Source: a bacterium
Lineage (GTDB): Bacteria > Actinomycetota > Acidimicrobiia > Spongiisociales > JAENVV01
DNA: 64,000 bases
Direction: 5' to 3'
NCBI GenBank assembly: GCA_024641305.1
Contig: JAHEDI010000003.1
Location: 48,889 to 112,888 of the forward strand
In this document: positions 57,453 through 64,000 of the stretch, piece by piece
Position numbering within the stretch: position 1 is the first letter of the stretch
Layout of the letters: the number at the start of each line of letters is the position of its first letter
Program-made: the position numbers and the translations under genes
The notes under the pieces: generated by a model
Told to the model about the DNA's origin: nothing
The model's database searches: none
The model's input: the letters and a program-made list of their open reading frames with translations, nothing else

Positions 57453-58283
57453 ATGCCGGAGTTACCCGAAGTCGAAACCACCAGACGATCGTTGGCGCCC
57501 GTCATGGAGGGTCGCCGATTCGTCAAGGTTGACATTCGACGCCCCCGCATGACCCGGCGGAATGAGCGACCAGACGACGTCGTCGATCGATTGGTCGGAA
57601 GACGGCTCAACCATCTGGGGAGAATCGGCAAGTTCATGGTGGGTGAGGTCGAGGGAGACATCACACTCATCATGCATCTGGGGATGTCGGGCAAGTTCCA
57701 AATCAAGGCGGTCGGAGATCCTGATGACAAACACACCAACGTCGTGTTCGTCACCGACCGCAACGAGGAAATTCGCCTGGTCGACCCTCGCACGTTTGGG
57801 TTCGTCGCCGCCCACACCCCGGATGAACTGGACCACTCATCGATTGGTGGCCTCGGTCCTGATGCCCTCGACGCTCTTCCTGGTGCGCCCGTCCTCTTCG
57901 ATCGGATGGCGGGCCGCAAGGTAGCTGTCAAAACGCTGCTTCTCGATCAGCGCTTCCTGGCCGGTCTCGGGAATATCTACGCTGACGAGGTGCTGGCAAG
58001 GGCCAAGGTCAGGGGCGATCGGTTGGCCGGCGGCCTGACATTTGACGAGGTGAAGGCGATCCGTTCCTCAATCGGACCGGTGCTCAGAGCAGGACTCAAG
58101 TACGGAGGAACCAGCCTCGACGATCTTGCCTATTTGCTTCCTGATGGTCGCGCCGGCGAATACACGAGGCGCCTTCAGGTGTATGGCAGGGAAGGGGACG
58201 ACTGCCGCACGTGCGGAACGCCGATCAGCCGAACCGTGCTCGGCGGCCGGTCGAGTTTCTGGTGCCCCGCCTGCCAAACCTGA
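57453..58283 (+). CDS. mutM: Formamidopyrimidine-DNA glycosylase
   Basis: MPELPEVETTRR N-terminus (catalytic P2/E3) and a C-terminal CxxC...CxxC zinc finger (CRTCG...CPACQ). Confidence 0.85.
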   Translation: MPELPEVETTRRSLAPVMEGRRFVKVDIRRPRMTRRNERPDDVVDRLVGRRLNHLGRIGKFMVGEVEGDITLIMHLGMSGKFQIKAVGDPDDKHTNVVFVTDRNEEIRLVDPRTFGFVAAHTPDELDHSSIGGLGPDALDALPGAPVLFDRMAGRKVAVKTLLLDQRFLAGLGNIYADEVLARAKVRGDRLAGGLTFDEVKAIRSSIGPVLRAGLKYGGTSLDDLAYLLPDGRAGEYTRRLQVYGREGDDCRTCGTPISRTVLGGRSSFWCPACQT

Positions 58284-58349
58284 CGACGGAGCGAAGACCG
58301 TAACGCGCGTGATATCCTCAATTGCGACTAATCACAGGATTGTAATTAC

Positions 58350-61300
58350 GTGTACCTCAAGTCTCTGAAAATAACGGGGTTCAAGTCGTTCGCTGATCGA
58401 ACGCGTATTGAATTTGAGCCCGGTGTGACCGTGATTGTCGGACCGAACGGCTCTGGAAAGTCGAACGTGGTCGACGCCGTCGCCTGGGTCATGGGTACGC
58501 AGTCGACCAAGAACCTTCGAACTGAAAAGATGGAGGACGTCATCTTCGCCGGCACGGCGATGCGACCGTCGCTTGGCAGGGCCGAAGTATCTCTCACGTT
58601 CGATAACGAATCGCGTCAGCTCCCGTTGGATCTGGCTGAGGTAACCGTGACCCGGCGGTTGTATCGCGACGGCTCGTCCGATTACGAGATCAACGGGGTT
58701 ACCTGTCGGCTCCTCGACGTCCAGGAGATGCTGGCGGATTCGGGTGTCGGCCGGCATCAACATGTGATTGTCGGACAGGGTCAACTTGACGCGGTCCTCA
58801 ATGCCAAGGCTGACGATCACCGGGCGATCATTGAGGAAGCAGCCGGTATTCTCAAACACCGGCAGCGCAAGGATCGTTCGATCCGACGCCTGGAACGGAC
58901 CGACGCAGACGTCTTTCGCCTGAATGACATCCTCAAGGAGCTCAAGCGCCAGGTTCGACCGTTGAAGCGACAGGCGGACGACGCCAATCGATTTGAGGGT
59001 GTTCGATCTGAAATCCAAGGCCTCCGTCTCTTCCTCGGTGGCGAAACCCTGCGCAAGATCAGCCACCGCATTGCCGAGGCCGAAGCAGAAGAGTCGACCA
59101 GGACCAACTCGCTGGCGCTGACCCAGAGAGAGCTCGATCAGATCGAAAGTTCGCTCGAACCGCTGGCGGATGCGGCTGGAGAAGCCGGCCGAGCCCTTGA
59201 CCGCGATACGGCCGCTGCCGCCCGGTTGGAGACCACGGCGGAGCGCCTGCGTTCGACGTCGACTCTCGCCGCCGAGCGCGGTCGCAGCTTGTCAGCACGG
59301 CTTGAGGGAGCCGGCGAGAGACGATGCGATCTTCAGGCCGAAGCCGAAGAGTTGAAGATCAACCTTGCGCTATCGATTGAGGACCAGGCCGCGGCAGCCG
59401 GGGCCGCTGAACGCTCGGCGCGGATTCTGGCCGGCCTGGAGGACGAAGAGCGCTCGCTGGCCGAACAGGAAGCCATGCCGGCTGAGGGTGCCATCGCCAT
59501 TGTGCGCGGGGACCTGCGATCAGGTCAAGCTGCTAACGACCGCGACCGGCGCGAGCGCGACCAGATAACCAAACGCCTCGATGGACTCGTGGCCCAGGTC
59601 GACCGGGAAACTGCCGAGATTGACCGGGCCAACGAAGACATACTCGCCTTGGATGCTGAGCAGGGCCTTGCCCAGTCAGAACACGAGGTGGCTCGTCGGG
59701 CGCTTACGGAAGAGGCCGACCGTTTTGCGGCTACCGAGGCTGATGTCAAGGCTGCCGAGCTCACGTTGGCCTCCGCCGCCGCCCGGGTCGATGCTCTCGA
59801 AGGAGCGGTCGCCGGTTTGGCCGACCCCGCTGCGAGACAGCGAGCCGAAACCGCTGAACAGGTGACGGGTCCGATCGCTCAAGCTCTCGACATCCCCGCT
59901 GAGTTGGCGGCTGCGGTGGATGCCGCCCTCGGGCTGTGGGCAGACGCGCTGACGGTGACGTCACCGTCGGACCTCGGAGTGATCGTCGGAGATTTGAAAT
60001 CTGAAGGTTTTGGCGGCGTACCGATGGTTACTCATGCCCAGGGCGACCTGTCGATCGCCGGCGAAGTTGCCGAGACCTGGGGGCTGCAAACGTTGATCGA
60101 GGCCCTCGGTCCGAATGCCGACCGCCAGCTTGCCGGCACTTTGCTCGGTGATGTAGTCCTGGCGGAGGGATGGTCTTCGGGCTGGGAGATCGTTCAACGC
60201 CACCCATTGGTTCGGGTGGTGACCCCGGAAGGTGATCTCATCACGTCCTACGGGATCCGGATCGCCAATCCCGATGGGGCGACTCCGGCGATGTTGGAGG
60301 TCGCCCTGGTGTCGCTCGAACGGGCCGAACAGGAGGCTGCCAGAGCCAGGAGCAGGTACCTAACGGCCAAGCGGGAACACGAACAATCCAAAGCCAACGA
60401 GGTGCAAGCCCGGTCCGGCCTTGAACGCATCGAGGCCCGCCTGTCGGGTACGACCGAGGCGCTCGGCCGGTTGACGAGGTCGCGGGTTGGTCTCGTCGAG
60501 GAGATTGCTCGCCTTGAGGGCCGCCGCACGGCCATTGCGGAGTCGGCTTCTGAGCGCGAAGAGCAGATCGCCCGGTTGGAGCAGCGCCTGGCCGCCCTGG
60601 AGGGCGAGGAAGCGGAACGCCAAAAAGCGTGGGAGGCATTGGCGGAGCGTCGCCGGGAGGTTGCCAACCGACGGGATGAGGCGAAAATCGCCGCCCAAGA
60701 ATCCGCTTCCACCCATGGCGCGATTATTGAGCGACGAGCCATGTTGCAGCGTCGGCTCGATGAGGTCTCAAACGAGTCGACCGAATTGGAAGCCAACCCG
60801 GTCGACCCGACAGAGATCAAACATCTGGAGCAGATTGACGCCCAGGCTCGCCAGGCTCTTGACATCGTTCGTCAGCATATCGCCACGCTGCGGGTCCGGC
60901 AGGTGAAGTTACGAGAAGAAGCTGGTGAAGCGGGCCGTAAGCTGCGTGACACACGGAACCGTCGTGACGAACTCCAGCGGACGATCGGAGTGAACAAGGA
61001 GCGTCTCTCGAAGCTGGGTATCGAGCTCGCCGAATTGCGCGTCCGTTTGGAGGCGACCGCTGAAGGCCTACGCAGGGACGCAGATGCCAACGAGGAGCAG
61101 GCTCTCGCCGCCCCTCGCCCAGAGCTGGCTGAAGATATCGACATGCGCGAACGACTCAATGAGCTTGAGAATGAGCTGCGTCGGATGGGTCCGATCAATC
61201 CACTTGCGGCAGCCGAGTATCGCGAGCTGAATGAGCGGTACGAGTTCATGCAAGTCCAACTCGACGACCTTGAGCAAGCCAGGAATGAGCTGAGAGCGGT

Positions 61301-61802
61301 CATCCGGGCGGTTGATGAGCAAATCGTGGAGCTCTTTACAGAGGCGTTCCATCAGGTCGCTCGGTTTTACGAAGAGCATTTCTCGATTCTGTTCCCCGGC
61401 GGTCGCGGGCAATTGATCCTGACCGATCCCGAAAACCCGCTCCTGACCGGCGTCGATATCAAGGCTCAACCCCTTGGCAAGAAGGTCAGTCGTCTTCAGT
61501 TGCTGTCTGGTGGCGAGCGGTCGTTGGCTGCTCTGGCTTTTCTGTTTGCGGTGTTCAAAGCCCGGCCTAGTCCGTTCTATATCATGGACGAGGTCGAAGC
61601 TGCCCTCGACGATGCCAACCTCCACCGCTTTCTCGACCTGGTTGAGAACTTCCGGGAGTCTGCCCAGCTTATGATCGTCACCCATCAGCAGCAGACCATG
61701 GAGTGTGCCGACGTCCTATATGGGGTCACCATGGAACCGGGCGGATCCTCAAAGGTCATCGCCAAGAAGATGAGCGGTCAACTGGCCTTTGAAGACGCCT
61801 AA
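58350..61802 (+). CDS. smc: Chromosome partition protein Smc
   Basis: N-terminal Walker A GPNGSGKSN, long coiled coils, a hinge, the C-terminal signature LSGGERSLAALAFLFA, and Walker B/D-loop. Confidence 0.9.
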   Translation: MYLKSLKITGFKSFADRTRIEFEPGVTVIVGPNGSGKSNVVDAVAWVMGTQSTKNLRTEKMEDVIFAGTAMRPSLGRAEVSLTFDNESRQLPLDLAEVTVTRRLYRDGSSDYEINGVTCRLLDVQEMLADSGVGRHQHVIVGQGQLDAVLNAKADDHRAIIEEAAGILKHRQRKDRSIRRLERTDADVFRLNDILKELKRQVRPLKRQADDANRFEGVRSEIQGLRLFLGGETLRKISHRIAEAEAEESTRTNSLALTQRELDQIESSLEPLADAAGEAGRALDRDTAAAARLETTAERLRSTSTLAAERGRSLSARLEGAGERRCDLQAEAEELKINLALSIEDQAAAAGAAERSARILAGLEDEERSLAEQEAMPAEGAIAIVRGDLRSGQAANDRDRRERDQITKRLDGLVAQVDRETAEIDRANEDILALDAEQGLAQSEHEVARRALTEEADRFAATEADVKAAELTLASAAARVDALEGAVAGLADPAARQRAETAEQVTGPIAQALDIPAELAAAVDAALGLWADALTVTSPSDLGVIVGDLKSEGFGGVPMVTHAQGDLSIAGEVAETWGLQTLIEALGPNADRQLAGTLLGDVVLAEGWSSGWEIVQRHPLVRVVTPEGDLITSYGIRIANPDGATPAMLEVALVSLERAEQEAARARSRYLTAKREHEQSKANEVQARSGLERIEARLSGTTEALGRLTRSRVGLVEEIARLEGRRTAIAESASEREEQIARLEQRLAALEGEEAERQKAWEALAERRREVANRRDEAKIAAQESASTHGAIIERRAMLQRRLDEVSNESTELEANPVDPTEIKHLEQIDAQARQALDIVRQHIATLRVRQVKLREEAGEAGRKLRDTRNRRDELQRTIGVNKERLSKLGIELAELRVRLEATAEGLRRDADANEEQALAAPRPELAEDIDMRERLNELENELRRMGPINPLAAAEYRELNERYEFMQVQLDDLEQARNELRAVIRAVDEQIVELFTEAFHQVARFYEEHFSILFPGGRGQLILTDPENPLLTGVDIKAQPLGKKVSRLQLLSGGERSLAALAFLFAVFKARPSPFYIMDEVEAALDDANLHRFLDLVENFRESAQLMIVTHQQQTMECADVLYGVTMEPGGSSKVIAKKMSGQLAFEDA

Positions 61803-61805
61803 CGT

Positions 61806-62828
61806 ATGGTTGTGGACACAACCCTGATCATCATTCTGGTGGTTGCGGCCGTTCTGGTGATCGGCGGCGGACTGTTCTACACGTTGCGAGGGCGCCGCAC
61901 CCACGGAGCGATCGACGAGACAGCGCCTACACAGAAAGCGGCCCCCACTGCCTCCCTGGCCGATCGACTCGCCAGGACCCGTACGACCCTTGGCGGCAAG
62001 CTTCGCGAAGCCCTTGGATCCACGACGGGAGACATGTATGAGGGCCTTGAAGAGGCGCTGATCGCGGCGGATCTCGGGGTCGCCACGGCGACGAGCATCG
62101 TTGATAAGGTCAGGCGAAGCAACCCGGATACCCCCGACGACGTCCGGGCTGCGCTTCGGTCCGAGTTGCTGTCAACCTTGCGGGGTCAAGACCGCTCGAT
62201 TCGACAAGTCAACAAGCCGTCGGTGATCGTCGTCGTTGGAGTAAACGGCGTTGGCAAGACGACGACCATCGCCAAATTGGCTGCTCGACTCCGCGAAGAA
62301 GGCACGGAAGCGATCCTTGGGGCGGCTGACACGTTCAGAGCGGCCGCTGACACGCAGCTTCGAACGTGGGCGAACAGGGTCGGCGTTGAGATCATTACGG
62401 CTGCCTCCGGATCCGATCCCGCTTCGGTCGCCCACGATGCGTATCAGGCGGCCAAGTCCCGAGGTAAAGGGGCTGTGATTGTGGACACCGCTGGGCGACT
62501 TCACTCGAAGACCAACCTCATGGCTGAACTGAGCAAGATCGTTCGTGTCCTTGAGAAAGAGTCGGGGACGATCGACGAGGTACTTCTCGTCCTCGACGCC
62601 ACCACCGGTCAAAACGGGTTCGCTCAAACCAAGCAGTTCACCGATGCTGTCGGAGTGACGGGTATCGTTCTTACCAAAATGGATGGCACAGCCAAAGGTG
62701 GCATCGCCATCGCCGTCGAGAAAGAATTGGGGATCCCTGTGAAATTTATCGGAGTCGGTGAGGGTGTTGCCGATCTTGTCCGGTTCGACCCTGAGTCGTT
62801 TGTGGATGCCCTGTTGGCTGACGCCTGA
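61806..62828 (+). CDS. ftsY: Signal recognition particle receptor FtsY
   Basis: SRP GTPase motifs GVNGVGKTTT, DTAGR and TKMDG. Confidence 0.9.
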   Translation: MVVDTTLIIILVVAAVLVIGGGLFYTLRGRRTHGAIDETAPTQKAAPTASLADRLARTRTTLGGKLREALGSTTGDMYEGLEEALIAADLGVATATSIVDKVRRSNPDTPDDVRAALRSELLSTLRGQDRSIRQVNKPSVIVVVGVNGVGKTTTIAKLAARLREEGTEAILGAADTFRAAADTQLRTWANRVGVEIITAASGSDPASVAHDAYQAAKSRGKGAVIVDTAGRLHSKTNLMAELSKIVRVLEKESGTIDEVLLVLDATTGQNGFAQTKQFTDAVGVTGIVLTKMDGTAKGGIAIAVEKELGIPVKFIGVGEGVADLVRFDPESFVDALLADA

Positions 62829-63241
62829 TGCACGTCGAAAACGACGCCGTTCTCGTTGCAGCAGCTCGGGGAGCAGCAGAGCACGCCTATGCGCCGTATT
62901 CGAAGTTCCGGGTTGGGGCGGCCGTCCTCACCGCAGCCGGGGAGATTGTCACCGGCTGTAATGTCGAGAACGCCGCCTACGGAAGCTCCATCTGTGCCGA
63001 GGTAACCGCCATCGTCACGGCAGTCTCGCAGGGGGCGCGCTCGATGAGCGCGATTGCGGTGGCGTGTCTTGATGCCGATTCTCTCGACGGCGCCTACCCG
63101 TGCGGAAACTGCCGTCAAATCATCAACGAGTTTGGAATCACCCGAATCATTGTGACGACTGCGGTTGGTGAGAGTCGTTCGCACACCAATGCAGAGTTGC
63201 TTCCGTACGGTTTTTTTCTCAATCCCGAGTCGGATGATTGA
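62828..63241 (+). CDS. cdd: Cytidine deaminase
   Basis: CAE zinc motif (CAEVTAI) and PCGNCRQ. ~137 aa. Confidence 0.8.
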   Translation: MHVENDAVLVAAARGAAEHAYAPYSKFRVGAAVLTAAGEIVTGCNVENAAYGSSICAEVTAIVTAVSQGARSMSAIAVACLDADSLDGAYPCGNCRQIINEFGITRIIVTTAVGESRSHTNAELLPYGFFLNPESDD

Positions 63242-63275
63242 GCGGGTCGCCTCCCCTTGGTGACCAAACAAAGAA

Positions 63276-63306
63276 AGCGGCGGGCCGACAGCCCGCCGCT
63301 TTCGTA
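63276..63306. terminator. Bidirectional rho-independent terminator between convergent cdd and etfA
   Basis: AGCGGCGGGC-cgaca-GCCCGCCGCT: a perfect 10-bp GC-rich stem, followed by TTCGTATTC on the + strand and preceded by an A-rich run. Confidence 0.55.
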
Positions 63307-63324
63307 TTCATAACTGCCTTCTCG

Positions 63325-64000
63325 TTAACGGTTTTCCAAAGCCTCAATCAGTTTTGGAAGGACCTGGTGGACGTCGCCGACGATTCCCAGATCCGCCACG
63401 GCAAAGATGGGAGCTTCTTCGTCCTTGTTGATGGCGATAATCATCTTCGAGTCTTTCATGCCGACGAGATGTTGCATGGCGCCCGACAGGCCGCAGGCGA
63501 TGTAGACATCAGGTTTGACGGTCTTGCCGGTCTGTCCAACCTGCTTGGAATAGGGCACCCAGCCGGCATCGACAATGGCTCTGGTGGCTCCGGTGGCGGC
63601 TTTGAGTGGGGCGGCCAGTCTCTCGACCAGCTCAAAGCCCTCGACACTTCCCAGTCCGCGACCGCCTGCCACGATGACTGCCGCCTCCTCGAGCTTGGGT
63701 CCTTCGGTCTTTTCGACAAATGATCCGGTCACGCGAGCAGAACCCGCATGCCCGGCGTCGGGCATGGGTACGGTGGTCACGGTTGGAGCTCCTCCGCCCG
63801 CTGATTCGGCCGGGAATGACTTCGGTCGGATCAGTACTAGGTGCGGACCGGGGCCCTCGAACATCGTGGTCACGAGTTGGCTACCGCCGAAGATCTCGGT
63901 CGTTACTCCAACCGATCCATCGAGCGACACATCAATGCCGTTCGAGATCATTGTTCGATCAAGCCGGGTCGATAGTCGACCGGCCACATCTCGATCTGTA
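63325..64000 (-). CDS. etfA: Electron transfer flavoprotein alpha subunit, C-terminal ~225 aa; the 5' end lies beyond the window
   Basis: C-terminal FAD-binding region [37 protein letters not shown]. The reading frame is open to the window edge. Confidence 0.75.
   Translation of the reverse strand, partial: TDRDVAGRLSTRLDRTMISNGIDVSLDGSVGVTTEIFGGSQLVTTMFEGPGPHLVLIRPKSFPAESAGGGAPTVTTVPMPDAGHAGSARVTGSFVEKTEGPKLEEAAVIVAGGRGLGSVEGFELVERLAAPLKAATGATRAIVDAGWVPYSKQVGQTGKTVKPDVYIACGLSGAMQHLVGMKDSKMIIAINKDEEAPIFAVADLGIVGDVHQVLPKLIEALENR

Noticed and set aside
1-64000. CRISPR arrays, transposases/integrases, rRNA or tRNA genes
   Set aside because: No regularly spaced direct repeats, no DDE/tyrosine-recombinase-like ORFs and no tRNA cloverleaf-compatible sequences were seen in any intergenic region.

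Overview
This 64 kb window looks like a chromosomal core region of a moderately high-GC actinobacterium. It is gene-dense (about 65 CDS), with no rRNA, tRNA, CRISPR array, transposase or integrase detected. The actinobacterial call rests on an InhA-type enoyl-ACP reductase, an AdnA/AdnB helicase-nuclease pair, a UvrD2-type helicase with HRDC tail, and ddl–rpmB–recG synteny.

Main blocks, left to right:
- **1–5.5 kb:** an alpha-glucan/sugar set (amylosucrase-like GH13 fragment, later MalQ and a phosphofructokinase) flanking a beta-oxidation/lipid-catabolism cluster. The cluster has two SDRs, a family-III CoA transferase, FadD, a split MFE-2 (dehydrogenase plus MaoC hydratase) and an acyl-CoA dehydrogenase.
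- **9–22 kb:** thiamine pyrophosphokinase, an S9 peptidase, an ATP-grasp protein, an NfuA-like Fe-S protein, an orphan pilT, an M50/CBS protease and a CobB sirtuin.
- **22–41 kb:** a DNA-repair neighbourhood syntenic with the mycobacterial uvrD2…adnAB locus. It holds a UvrD2 ortholog with an extra N-terminal domain, PlsB, Tag, Dtd, adnB and adnA, a GNAT, a BI-1 family protein and a Cas4-like Cys-cluster nuclease.
- **40.8–41.9 kb:** an unusual ~1.07 kb non-coding divergent intergenic region. It has four TCGCGAAAT-type repeats and an array of UUCG-tetraloop hairpins in front of a PH-domain/SHOCT gene. This is the most interesting unexplained element.
- **42–50 kb:** YbaK, a PghP-like hydrolase, InhA/FabI, an orphan GAF histidine kinase, an alpha/beta hydrolase, a membrane-anchored MurF-like ligase and Ddl.
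- **50–64 kb:** a conserved translation/replication block (L28, recG–rsmD–coaD translationally coupled, YceD, L32, plsX, rnc, mutM, smc, ftsY, cdd, etfA fragment).

Two clean bidirectional rho-independent terminators were found.

All functional calls rest on motif and similarity recognition by eye. Start sites and exact coordinates of non-CDS features are approximate.
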